Positions 48,261 to 59,331 of a stretch of 64,000 bases of DNA are shown here, in pieces (the first letter of the stretch is position 1; each line of letters starts with the position of its first letter). Under the pieces are notes generated by a model, which was not told where the DNA came from, searched no databases, and was given only the letters and a program-made list of their open reading frames with translations. Location: the NCBI GenBank assembly GCA_965649825.1, contig OZ287709.1:124001-188000 (forward strand). Direction: 5' to 3'. The translations under genes and the position numbers were made by a program. This DNA is from Penicillus capitatus (taxonomy: Eukaryota > Plantae > Chlorophyta).

Positions 48261-49451
48261 CTTGAATGGACTACGTACAGAGAATGGAGTTCTTAGCCTT
48301 CATTCTTTTGGAAGTCGCTCTACAAATAACTTCTTGCTTCCTGTTTATTCGGGTTCGGAAGATGTGCGTGTTGCTCGGTCTCTCTCGCGGTGCCTGCCGT
48401 TTTCGTCCAGTGTTAGAGTCCGCTTGAAACTCCTGTATCACGTTCTTCTATGATCTTGTTTGAAACATATGGAGATGCGTTGTTGTCGAGAGTCTTCCGC
48501 ATGGAGCGATTGAAAGAAGATACGCAACGAAGTGGTTCGTCGAGATTTGATCAACCACATCTTTTAACGATTACAATTTAAACACGAAAGGACTTCATAA
48601 CATAATATGTTCGACAGTCAGAAATTTCATGCACAACAGGGGATTGTTATCTATGGATTTTTGCAAATACCATTCCGACATTCGGGAAGAAAGTTACTCT
48701 TAGATTAATCCTGCCAGCTCATTGATCAACGCCAAAAATTCTCTAAGAACCATGAATCACTTCCCAACTCTGCAGATGTCGAAGGATTGTTGGATTCACT
48801 GGAACTACGCTAGAACGTGTTATGTGATTAATGGGACTCTTTGTTTGATTCTAAATCTGCCATTCTGCTAGAGTTTATCGTCTCTAGAGAACCCTGCTGA
48901 TTTGAAATAGTATGGAGCAATCCAAAAAGTTTTCCTGATCCGAGCGCTGAATAAACTACAGCCTCTTTCAAAACAGGAAACAAAAAAGTGAGATCATTAC
49001 CATATCACCGTTGTTAAACTTATCTCAAAAAAGCTACGCGCTTGTTAAGCGCCAACAAGCTCATTTGCAATGTCACTCAACTCTCGGCCTTTTGTCTCGA
49101 TCATAAAGACCTTCAGGAAGAGCAATGATAAAATGCAGAAGCAGAAAAGCATGAGGAACGCCCCCAGTGCCCCGATCGCGTCGAGAACGGAAGGGAACGC
49201 CAACACCAGAGTGAAAGATACGAGCAATGAAAGCGATTGGCCGAGTCCCAAGACGATTCCAGCAATCTCGGACGGAACGACTTCTGGTGCATATGAGGTA
49301 TACAGAATTCCGCTTGCCGTGCGAAAACCGAAGGTAAACATGATAGCGAACACCACGGAAGAAGGACCGGCGACGCTGGATCCGGCTAGATCTGACAGCG
49401 ACAGGCCCAAGTAACTGGCTGCCATGATAGAGAAACTTGCGTATGCCATGG

Positions 49452-49561
49452 TGTCGGATTGATGGGCGATTTTAGAAATGATGGGACATCTTGCCTGACA
49501 GGACATGAACAGGGCCTGTGTTTGACTTTTTAAGAACAGAGCATGCGTGAGTTTTTTGACA
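49452..49561 (+). repeat. 5' LTR (110 bp)
   Basis: Sequence identical, read base by base, to 54245-54354. Confidence 0.96.
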
Positions 49562-52500
49562 TGGTTTCGGAGCGAGTTCGCCGCGTGTATCTAATCTCTG
49601 TCTACTACTTTTGGTGTTATGTGATATCGAAGTGGACGCTGCAAGTTTTAGAGATCGAGATTCGCGGGCCGAGACTCGAAGAATTTTTTCACGACAAAGA
49701 CTCATGCGATGTCTGCGCGTCGCGCTTCGCGTGCCTCATGGATGACTTGCGAAGGCGCATTGGAATGGTGGTGACTATGGCCACTGAAGCGTGGATGCGC
49801 AATGGGGCGTCATGGCTTGAACTCATTTTCTGGATTCAAATCACAGTTCTTGCGTGGAAGGTGACATGTTTCGTCTGGCGCTGCACCGACGTTGGCTTTA
49901 CGGCGGCGGTCGAAGAAGTGATGGATGGGTGGAATCGAAACGTCGCGAACTTTACGGACGGACTCAGAGGTGCATTCGTAAGGGCGACTGTCAGACCCGT
50001 CCGAAGCGTCAACGCAGTTCAAGACACGACCGTGTCTCTGCCGCCAGCGAACGCCAACCCACGTCCTTCGTCGGCATTTCATGGAGTGAAGCTTGACAGG
50101 TGGAACAGAGACTGGCACGAGCGAATTTTCAGGACCCTCGAGTTTGAGTGTCCAGACGTTTGTGTTCGAGTCCGAACTCTCACGGCAGTATTCGACCCGA
50201 AGTCCGTATTTGGGGAGTCTATGCTCGAAATCATTCGTTCAGGATGTCTCGAGTATCTGCCAACGCAAGAGCTCCCGGAAAACGAATTCGGACTGGAGGA
50301 TGACATGCGAAGGAACCTGAGGAAGATGTGGTCAGAACTGAAAGCGCTTTTCGAGCGCATGTGCTTGGAGGATGATGCGGAGAGCGATCAGATCAAGACG
50401 CTGAGTCGAGTAACCAAGATGCACGACGAAACGAGACTCGCCTTTGCCTATCGATTCAGAACAGTCCTACGACTGAGATGCACCAATGTGCAAGAGAAGA
50501 CAGGTCTGGAGATGATTCTCAACCAGTTAGACCGTCCCTTCCACGAATTTCTGCGCACACAGCACTTTCGGGAGGGCCTGACGATGGAAGCGGTGATCAT
50601 GGCAGCCAAGCAGTTTGAACAATGGGATCCGAAATTGGCGACCGGCTTGCCCCACTCCGATTCTCAGCGTACGTCATCGGCAGGAGTGGCCAACCAAGGA
50701 TCGGTTCTAGTGACAAAAAGAAATGACCAGAACCATCGGAAAGTGTGGCAGGTTCGATGTCAGATATGCGATAAGCTTGGACACAACGCTAAGTCATGTA
50801 ATAAGAGAAAAGAGTTGAACTACCCGAGCGTGCTTGCTGGCGACGGAAACGGAATGAATCATGAACAGAGCGATGTTGTGATGCCGAAAGGTGGCGAAGG
50901 ACAATCTCTGTTGCTGCATTTGTCGACGAGCGTGTGGTCGGCAACAGAAGACAAACAAAAGATTCGTTTTCTTATTGATACTGGTGCTTCTGTGAATCTA
51001 TTACCGACTCGGCTGGTTAAGAAGCACGCATGGGCATTGAACGATTCAGAGAAAATCCATGTGCTTTCCTACACTGGTCAAAGAGATGAGTCGCAAGGTA
51101 CTGTATGTCTCAACGTGATACTCGGAGATGTTACCAAGGAACTCGTCTTCCATGTTGTTTCTGTCGCAAAGGAGCCAATTCTTGGTTTGGATGGCCTCTC
51201 TGCTCTCGGCGCCGTCATTGATTGCGAGGCGAAATCAATCAGAATGCCTTCCGGGAGATCGATCATGTGTTCAGAGGTACATGAAGCTCAGCGAATCCAT
51301 CAGTGCAAGGTCTTTATGTCAAAAGAAGCAGCAGAACAAAGTCAGCGAACGGAAAATGAAAAAGCGACGCAAGACAAACTGTCGATGGTCGAAGATGAGG
51401 ACCGTGGAGTACTTCCCTTTAGGAAAGGGAACTTGGTCTATTGCCCTTCGGGCAGAAGTCTCGTACTGAGTCCGCAAGAAATGACTCTGGTTCAACTTCC
51501 CTACCACGTGGACACGCACGACATCATTCTCGCAAGTTCTGGGAATACTGGAAGCAATATTGCGGTGATTGGAAGCGCAAAACAGAGGCGCAGAGCTCTA
51601 AAGTATCATGCAATCAATCTCGGAAAAAGACCTGAACACGTCGGAAGCAAAAATGGACTAGCTTGTTTTGAGGTGCAACCGGATCAACAAGTTGAGTATC
51701 GAAAGATCGACGGCACCGTTGTCATGATACAAGAAAATAGGAAGGGTGATTCTGAATGTGTGTCGGCCACGTGCTGTTCGATGAGACCTGCCGATGAGGA
51801 AAACGACGAAGTCAGAAAATGGCAAAGAGAATTCCCAGACGTGCTGACGCTAAAGATGGGGAAGACGACACACTACGAGGTTGATGATAGCATGATCAAA
51901 ACGGACGTTGAATGGGGGAAACTGAAGCCAAGAGCGTACTCAGCTGCAGAAAACCGAACGCTCGCTCCTTTGGTTCAAGAACTTCTAGATCTTGATGTGA
52001 TTGAGAAGGTCAGAAAGCGTCCTGAAGTTTCAACACCCATGTTGGTGGTCGCAAAGAAAGACGGAAAGATGCGACTCGTCCATGACTTTAGACTTCTAAA
52101 CTCTGTGACCAGTATGATGCAGAATGTGGCGATGGATAGAATGAAGATCCTTGCGTCTGTAAGGAAGCAGGAGGTGTGGACATCTTTAGATCTACAGAAA
52201 GGATTCATGCAGGTACCTCTTCATGAAGAAGTCCGAGGTGTTTTTGGTTTCGAGTTTGATGGGTGCTGGATGCAGTTCAAACGGTGTCCATTTGGCTGGG
52301 TCAATTCGATGCAACACTTTTGTACTGCAATGCGCATGACGCTACAAGAGGCGAGAATGGAGATGCCAAAGGGAATTACGCTGGAGTCGTACGTTGACGA
52401 CATTCTTCTTGGGACGTCAACAGCCGTGCACGACGATGCACTAAGGATCTTGTTCCAGTGGCTGCGGCAACATGGATGGACTGTAAATCCGTCGAAGGCC

Positions 52501-54255
52501 ACCATCAAAACGACCGAAGTTGATTTTCTCGGTCACCATTTCGACGCTGAAGGAATCGAGTTGTCTTCGGGACTCATCACAAAACTGAACGAGCTGATCA
52601 TGCCGCGTAACAAACAACAGCTGCGCTCATTCTTCGGCCTTTGCATTCAGCTAGAGAAATTCGCGTGGAAACTCAGAGATTCGACGGCAAAGCTGGAACC
52701 CTGGCTGAAAAAAGCTCCGAGAGAATTTGAAGGATCCGAATTCAGGGAGATGTGGAACCAAGTGATCAGAGAGGTTTCAGAACGCATTGTGAAGCTGGGG
52801 TATCCAAGCGAAGACGAAGATCTCGAGGTTGCAGTCGACGCATCAGGAGACGGAATTGGAGCGGTTTTGATGAGTGGCGGACGGCCCATTGCCTTTTTTA
52901 GCCGAAGAACTACCAAGCAATGGAGGCACAGCTCAGATTCAGAAATTGACGGAGTATTGAAGGCTCTCCAAGCGTTTCAGATGTTTATCGCATGTCGGCC
53001 AGTCAAGGTACTGACTGACAATTGGTCAGCATACCGCATTGCAAATCCGCTGAACTGTGGAGCACCGGTTCTGAGGCGCATCGAAGAGATCCTTCAATTC
53101 AATCCAAATGTTGAATTCGTCGCGGGAAAAGACAACACATTCGCTGACTTCTTGAGCAGAGATTTGTACATGCTGCAGCATGGTTCAGAAGGCAAGAGTG
53201 GAGGTTGTGGCCGAGCAAACGCAGTTGATCAGGATGTCGAGAGTGATAAGCTCCTGGAGATTCACGAAGAGGCCAAGAAGATGCATGAAGAGGGCCACGC
53301 TGGCTACCGCGCCATCAGAGCAATGTTACACAGAAAGGGACTGGAATGCAAGGGAATGGCGAAGGTCATACGAGATGTCGTTGATAGCTGCGACGTGTGC
53401 AAGAGGTGGAGAAAAAGGGAGTTCAGAGAAGATTTCTCGTTCAACGAAGCCACTGAGATCTCCGCTGTCGTTGGCCTGGATTTTGTAGGGCCGTTGAAGG
53501 CTATCAGAGGACGCAAATCGAGGCATTTGGCTGTAGCTGTAGACGGGCTCAGTCGACTGATGATGGCCATCCCGGTGAAGAGTTGTTCGACTGCCGAAGC
53601 GCAAAAGGCAGTGAAGGAGTGGCAGAAGGAACACGGGAAGATAAAGTGCTTGGTCACTGATGCAGGATCGAGTTTCTCATGTCGAGACTTCAAGGACTTC
53701 TGTGACAAGCAAGGCGTCAATCACAAGATGGCAGCGCCAGGTCATCAAAGTAGTAATGGTTTGGTCGAGAGAGCAATCCAAAGCCTCATGAATCGAGTCA
53801 AGAAGGTCTGTTTTGGTAAACAGCGAACGTGGGACCGTGTTTGGAGAAACGCTGTGAAGAACTATAATGAAACACCACATGGAATTACAACATTCTCTCC
53901 AGATGAGTTACGCTATGGGGATTCTTGTGGAGCCTGGATGGATGAAGAGGAACTTCTGAAGGCAAGGAAGATCGCAGTTGCGAAGACAAGAGCCCACCGA
54001 GAAGTGTGGCAACGCGGACGGCAGAAGAATGTGAAGTCTCAACATCTGGAAGTCGGCGACAGGGTTCTCAGATATGATCCTGGAGGTGGAAAGTTAGAAC
54101 CTCAATGGTCTGGACCTTTCAATATCTTGGAGATTCCTCACCCTCGCTTATATCGTATCTCCCAAGCACCAGTCGGAAGCAGAGCAAAAGGAGTTGTTAT
54201 ACACGGTGATGATCTGATGAAGGTCACCAATGCACAGGGAAGCGTGTCGGATTGA
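49543..54255 (+). CDS. Gag-Pol polyprotein (1570 aa)
   Basis: CCHC knuckle CQICDKLGHNAKSC; protease FLIDTGAS; RT SLDLQKGFMQV, PFG, YVDDILL; RNase H VDASGDGIGAVL, TDN, ADFLSR; integrase H..GH..C..C, GLDFVGP, TDAG, NGLVER and the GPF motif WSGPF. No chromodomain. Confidence 0.97.
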   Translation: MREFFDMVSERVRRVYLISVYYFWCYVISKWTLQVLEIEIRGPRLEEFFHDKDSCDVCASRFACLMDDLRRRIGMVVTMATEAWMRNGASWLELIFWIQITVLAWKVTCFVWRCTDVGFTAAVEEVMDGWNRNVANFTDGLRGAFVRATVRPVRSVNAVQDTTVSLPPANANPRPSSAFHGVKLDRWNRDWHERIFRTLEFECPDVCVRVRTLTAVFDPKSVFGESMLEIIRSGCLEYLPTQELPENEFGLEDDMRRNLRKMWSELKALFERMCLEDDAESDQIKTLSRVTKMHDETRLAFAYRFRTVLRLRCTNVQEKTGLEMILNQLDRPFHEFLRTQHFREGLTMEAVIMAAKQFEQWDPKLATGLPHSDSQRTSSAGVANQGSVLVTKRNDQNHRKVWQVRCQICDKLGHNAKSCNKRKELNYPSVLAGDGNGMNHEQSDVVMPKGGEGQSLLLHLSTSVWSATEDKQKIRFLIDTGASVNLLPTRLVKKHAWALNDSEKIHVLSYTGQRDESQGTVCLNVILGDVTKELVFHVVSVAKEPILGLDGLSALGAVIDCEAKSIRMPSGRSIMCSEVHEAQRIHQCKVFMSKEAAEQSQRTENEKATQDKLSMVEDEDRGVLPFRKGNLVYCPSGRSLVLSPQEMTLVQLPYHVDTHDIILASSGNTGSNIAVIGSAKQRRRALKYHAINLGKRPEHVGSKNGLACFEVQPDQQVEYRKIDGTVVMIQENRKGDSECVSATCCSMRPADEENDEVRKWQREFPDVLTLKMGKTTHYEVDDSMIKTDVEWGKLKPRAYSAAENRTLAPLVQELLDLDVIEKVRKRPEVSTPMLVVAKKDGKMRLVHDFRLLNSVTSMMQNVAMDRMKILASVRKQEVWTSLDLQKGFMQVPLHEEVRGVFGFEFDGCWMQFKRCPFGWVNSMQHFCTAMRMTLQEARMEMPKGITLESYVDDILLGTSTAVHDDALRILFQWLRQHGWTVNPSKATIKTTEVDFLGHHFDAEGIELSSGLITKLNELIMPRNKQQLRSFFGLCIQLEKFAWKLRDSTAKLEPWLKKAPREFEGSEFREMWNQVIREVSERIVKLGYPSEDEDLEVAVDASGDGIGAVLMSGGRPIAFFSRRTTKQWRHSSDSEIDGVLKALQAFQMFIACRPVKVLTDNWSAYRIANPLNCGAPVLRRIEEILQFNPNVEFVAGKDNTFADFLSRDLYMLQHGSEGKSGGCGRANAVDQDVESDKLLEIHEEAKKMHEEGHAGYRAIRAMLHRKGLECKGMAKVIRDVVDSCDVCKRWRKREFREDFSFNEATEISAVVGLDFVGPLKAIRGRKSRHLAVAVDGLSRLMMAIPVKSCSTAEAQKAVKEWQKEHGKIKCLVTDAGSSFSCRDFKDFCDKQGVNHKMAAPGHQSSNGLVERAIQSLMNRVKKVCFGKQRTWDRVWRNAVKNYNETPHGITTFSPDELRYGDSCGAWMDEEELLKARKIAVAKTRAHREVWQRGRQKNVKSQHLEVGDRVLRYDPGGGKLEPQWSGPFNILEIPHPRLYRISQAPVGSRAKGVVIHGDDLMKVTNAQGSVSD
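49562..49573 (+). promoter_or_regulatory. Primer-binding site, initiator tRNA-Met-like
   Basis: TGGTTTCGGAGC abuts the LTR and matches the classical TGGTATCAGAGC at 10 of 12 positions (one difference can form a G:U wobble). Confidence 0.65.
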
Positions 54256-54354
54256 TGGGCGATTTTAGAAATGATGGGACATCTTGCCTGACAGGACATG
54301 AACAGGGCCTGTGTTTGACTTTTTAAGAACAGAGCATGCGTGAGTTTTTTGACA
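54245..54354 (+). repeat. 3' LTR (110 bp)
   Basis: Identical to the 5' LTR; preceded by a short purine-rich tract (AGGGAAG). Confidence 0.96.
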
Positions 54355-57300
54355 CATGGTCTTGCGTTGAAACTTATCAAAGAGACCAACCGAAATGAAG
54401 CTGCTGATGATGCTGCTCGCACCGTAAAGGGCGCTGCCGATGATGGCGCGATCCATTCCAGCGTTCTCGAAGATCGTCGTCGTGTAGGATGCCAGTATGT
54501 TAACGCCGCAGAGCCGGGCCACAGTCGGAACACCGATCCCCAGGATGACACAGTGACGATACTTCGGTTTGAATACCAAGATGACCTTTCTCTTGAAGGT
54601 TGTCCATGCAGTCACGAACGGAAGTCTTTTTTGAAGTGGTTTTTGAATCGGTTTTTCGTCTGTTGTAAGAGGCAATGTCCCGTTCGTTTCGCGGGGACCC
54701 TCGTTTGCTGATGAATGAGAATCTGCAGCAGCTTCGTTCTGTTCTGTCGCAGGCTGAAGCTCGATGTCTTGCTTAGATATCTTCTTGCTAAAGTCCTTTC
54801 TCACTTCTTCAATGGACTGGCGAAAGAGTGGAAATGTGAGAAATGTCAATGCACACTAAACGAAAGAATGTAAGACAAGCGCGAGACGCAACAGGTCGAT
54901 TACTTGAACAATGGGTGGCACCGAAACGCAGAGAAACATGAGTCGCCACCACTCGTATCCTCCGATCCTAAAGCTCTCATCGAACTCGTACGGAATGCCT
55001 AGCAGCAGCCCGAAGAACACGCCAATAGTCTGGGCCAACTGCGACACTGGATGAAGAAGAGTGAGATAGAATGAGAGAAGGCGTACCTGGGAGCAAGCTC
55101 CAATTTTTCCTCGTATCTCTGGAGGCGAGACTGTTGCCAGATACCTGGCCACACAGATATCAAACAAAAAATCTCTCCTGCCATGTCGTACTTTGGCGAG
55201 ACGACGAGCATGAGACCCAACGCAAATCCGGTTAGAATGCGCGCCGCGAACAACATGCTGGTAACGCATCCATCGAACGGCCCTCCCCAACAGAACTTGT
55301 GGTCTGCGGTGAGGCCGGCGATGATGTTGCCGCACGCGTACAACACGCCGATCCACAGCTGCGCGAATTTGCCGCTCGCTTTTTCGAATGGCCCAGCTAC
55401 GAGTCCGCCGAGCATGGCACCAACGTAGAAGATCGATGAGACCGCGGCACCTCCGACGTTTTTCTCGAACGTCAAATCCTCGGACAGGTTATCGAGCATC
55501 GTGTTGACGATGACGAGTGCGATGCCTGCGGGCACTGCCGCATGAAACAACCGAACATAAAACCGTCGGCAAGCCCTTACCGAAGTTAAATGAACCCAGA
55601 AGGGCGATGAGGATTGCCGTGTAGACACGCCACATTTTTCTCTGCCCGGATGGATGCGCGGTCCGTGTTTGAAGTGAACTGGTCTGGTGTCCACGATGGA
55701 GTCAACTTCCGCTGATGTCGTTGCCGCCGCGGCGTATCCTTTTTTGGTCGTCATCAAGACGTCTACGGCGCAATTATCATTAAAAAAATGAGAGTCTTCG
55801 ACTAAGATCGAAAACTGCCAGCTGTCCGTTCCATGCACCTGTAGAGAACGCATATGCACACAAAGCTCCGACGAACCATCAGTAGACGCATCTGTGCAGC
55901 TCGATGTCTCGTCCACGCCGCGGAAAGCAAACTCGTTTGTCACGTCAACTATGTTCTTTCTCCATGCTGGACATTAACGTGCTGAAAGGCCACACGTGCA
56001 TAGCTGCAGTTTAAACAGGAGTGTACGAAAACCAGTGCTGGAATTCCAGCTGCCGTAATGCATTTTTGCAGCAAAAGTGTTGCGTGTGACAGGAATGAGA
56101 TCTTACCAACTTTAGTGAAATGACCCTGCGTGTTGATGCAGAGTCTTTCATTTCAGGTACTAGTGAATGGAAGACAAGAACCGTTCTACCTGTTTAATGA
56201 AAACCCAATCGCGACGACTTCGTCGACAACTTTTTTGACGACTTTGATGCCTAAGGACGTTCGTTGCTCACACGACAACTCTTGACAACTTCTGCGACAT
56301 CCGGTTCGTTTTTCCTTGTTTTAGAATTTACAACAACTCTTTTCACTTCTAGAAGCGTGTTCTTGCAGACGACAACTTCCACTTTGACGATGAGGAAGGG
56401 AGGAAGACAAGGGGAGTGACAGCGTGGATAATTAGACGCCTTTTTCTGCGAATCAACCGGATAATGATTCTTTGCATGTATTGGAAAGCAAAATGCGTTC
56501 GCAAAAGAGACCAAAGCGGGACACTAGATAGCCGCAAAGTCGTGTCAAATGTATTCCGATGCAAGTGCAAACATCCATTCCAAACGTGTTCAGGCTAAAT
56601 AATGTAATAGAGAATGCGCTTTCCAATGAGTTAAGATAAAAGGCCATGTGGGACCGAAGCGACCTTTCCTTTCATCATCTGCTTGTCCACCCAACCGAGA
56701 CTCGCAGACCTGCAGGAGACTCCAGATTTGTTAAACAAGACAGCGTGGGACTGCTGCGTCTTGAAGTATCGCTACCAGAAGGCCGCTCCGCCGGGTAGAG
56801 CAACATCGGTGATCGCAGCAGCGACCCTCGGCGGGCCTGAAAGAATCGGTTCAATGCTGAAGGTCGATCGCGATCCGCGGGGCATCGAAGCCGGGTGAAC
56901 GGCAACTACCAGACAGCGTTTCGACGCGAGGGGTGAAGCGTCGTGCGTGTCCTTGGAAGGACTCCACGCGGGGACGGGTTGAAAGCACCGCAGATATCAT
57001 GACCTGGAGTGCACCAATCGTTTTGACACCACGATCGATATCCAGGACACAGAATGGCAGAGCATTTGATCACAGGTAAACCATTTTGCGTCGACATCGA
57101 CAGTCTCGGGCGTCCTCGGACACCCTGCCAAGCAAGCCTCGTCCTACATGAGCATCTGTAGATCGAATTCCTAAGTCCGTCGATCCGCATAACGCTACTG
57201 AAACCCAGGATCTGTGCTCTCTGACATCATATGGTGTTCGAGAGTACATCTACGATTCTAGATGAACAATGGCCGTCATCACTGCAGCCACTCCGAGAGA

Positions 57301-58475
57301 AGAGCTCGTCGCGGTCATCGCCGTCCGATATCGACGGAAAGCGTGTGTCCCAGTGGTCCAAACTGGGCAACAGTCGAAAAAGTGCATTCCTACACAGCGA
57401 TCAAGTATAAGGGGACGGCCTATAGCACATCGTCTGCGTTTGTCGGACATCTTGTATCCACGTTCTTCCGTGTCCATCGTATTGTAGAACGCGCATTTCT
57501 TGATGTTTCAGAATCTCTGCCACTTGGTCGTCATCTTCAACACGTTGTTTACACCACATCAGCGTTAATGTGGATCACCCGTCGAGCGAGGACTTTTTAC
57601 CTGTCTCACATTCGCGCTTGTCTAAATCTCCTCTCGAATAGTGTGCACAGACAATGGCGTTGTGTCCTGTAAGATGTGTTGGGTAGCTTGGCCACTTCGC
57701 CTATCATACGTTTCTGTGTTTCGCGGTTGATGTCGTCTAGTCAGATGTCGAGATGGAAAGAGAGAAGATGGAAATGAGCAAAATGGTCAAACCGATTTGC
57801 AAGACCGTCGAATGACGCGTTATGAAACGCGTGGTGAACGAACCACCGTGCACAAGGCCGCCTATCTCGCCACCGCTAGCTGCTCCAGTTTGTGCGCGAC
57901 GCTCCCCAATTGTCTGCGTCCGATGTGCCGTCGGAGGTCATGTCTCTGACGACTTTCATTTCTTGGTCGGTTAGCTGCAAAGAAATAAAAGCCAATCTGT
58001 CGATCCTTCTGATCCCGACACTAAAGACTCTATTTCTGCACAGCTAAGCTAGCTGTGCTGCAGGCCGATGGGTCTTCATTTCTAACAGGTACAGAATCCA
58101 TCCATCTTACCATGCGCATGATCCGGCCACGACATGGGCGTCACGCTGGAGTGAGCATCTGCCCATCGGATGGACGATTTTTTCTCGTCATAGAGATGGA
58201 GCGAATGCACGCACCACTTGTCTACTTTGATTGCTTTATTACAACAGTACATATGTTCTCTTCTACTTAGAAGTCGACCATCGCGATTGTTTCCCCCTTC
58301 AAACAACCCATCGACATAAGGAACACTTCAAGAAACAGTGGCCATTGTGGATCAAAAAGATAGGTTTTGGTTGGGAGACACGACAAAACACTTAACAAGC
58401 ACAACAATTCAAAGATCGCCTTCGTTGCCAGTACTTTTTCATCCAGTACGACACGTCTTGAGACAGCGCGCGCAC

Positions 58476-59331
58476 TTACTGACCGTGGGTCAGCCTAAGG
58501 ACGTTGTAGCTACGCGGTTCAGTGTTGCGCGAGACGAGATCAAACTTCCGCTTCGAGAATCTCAGTCCCCATTTGCGTGCCACGGGGTTCAAAATCTCAA
58601 GCAGTTCATCATCGACGACCTGAACAGCGTAGGTCGTCCGAACGTGAGAAACGGAGAAAACGAGAAATCCTTCTTCAACGCTGGCTGGATTTCGCATCGA
58701 AACGATATCCAGAAACGTAAAATGCCCCCGTTTATTCACCCACTCCATCGAGCAGAGAACGCGAGGCACGTGAATGCAGACACGTCTTCTCGAATCTGGC
58801 TTGCCATTTTCGATCGCCTTGTAGATGTAGACTGTCCATGGAAAGAAATCTCGCAGACCACACGCCTCGATTTCTTCCAAGATTTGCACGACAAGGCCTT
58901 CGGCGTAAGACTCTTTCAACTGAAAACCCACTTCCGTTGTACCCAAGCCGAGTTCTTCGAGGCACGGCAGCTGGTAGAAATCCAGATCGTGTTGCAGGGC
59001 GTCGTTGGAGACGCCAGACGGGACACAGCTGCGGTAATCGCCATCCCTGCATACGTATGAGGGTTAAAGGGTCTGTTGTATGGAGGCTGTCCAAAACGTA
59101 CCTGTAGACTTCGAGTATCCATTCGAAGGTTCTAGGACTGCGGTCGACGAAAAGCGCTTCGCCGCGTTCAACGAGTTCGGGAAACTCATGCGTCATGCGT
59201 GTTAGGAGCGAATCGGGATAGTTCTCCAGAGAATCGCTAGAGATGCGAAACACTTGACCACCGACGTCGAGGTGGACGAGCGGCTGGCGTTGCGTTTTGG
59301 ACGACGACGCGGCGAAGTGGTGGCTGTTCAT
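58476..59331 (-). CDS. KCTD-type BTB/POZ (T1-like) domain protein
   Basis: VHLDVGGQVF......L...PDSLL, LFVDRSPRTFEWILEVYR, intron, then DLDFYQLP. Confidence 0.8.

Larger units (their letters stand above)
49452..54354 (+). mobile_element. Full-length Ty3/gypsy LTR retrotransposon (4903 bp)
   Basis: Identical 110-bp LTRs (TGTC...GACA), TSD CATGG at 49447-49451 and 54355-54359, PBS, and a single intact gag-pol ORF with PR-RT-RH-IN order. Confidence 0.97.
49045..55754 (-). pseudogene. Sugar-porter family hexose transporter (pGlcT/SGB1-like) disrupted by retrotransposon insertion
   Basis: Exons give ...VNTMLDNLSEDL...ARILTG, PPEIRGKIG, WWRLM, TIFENAG and GLFDKFQRKT on one side, and MAYASFSIM...YAPEVVP...MIETKGRELSDI on the other. 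Removing the element plus one TSD restores the frame (QRKT-M-AYASF). The start codon is uncertain. Confidence 0.88.

Noticed and set aside
49452-54354. Retrotransposon spliced out as an intron to rescue the transporter
   Set aside because: On the host (minus) strand the element runs TGTCAAA...CCGACA with no GT/AG pair at the boundaries that restores the frame.
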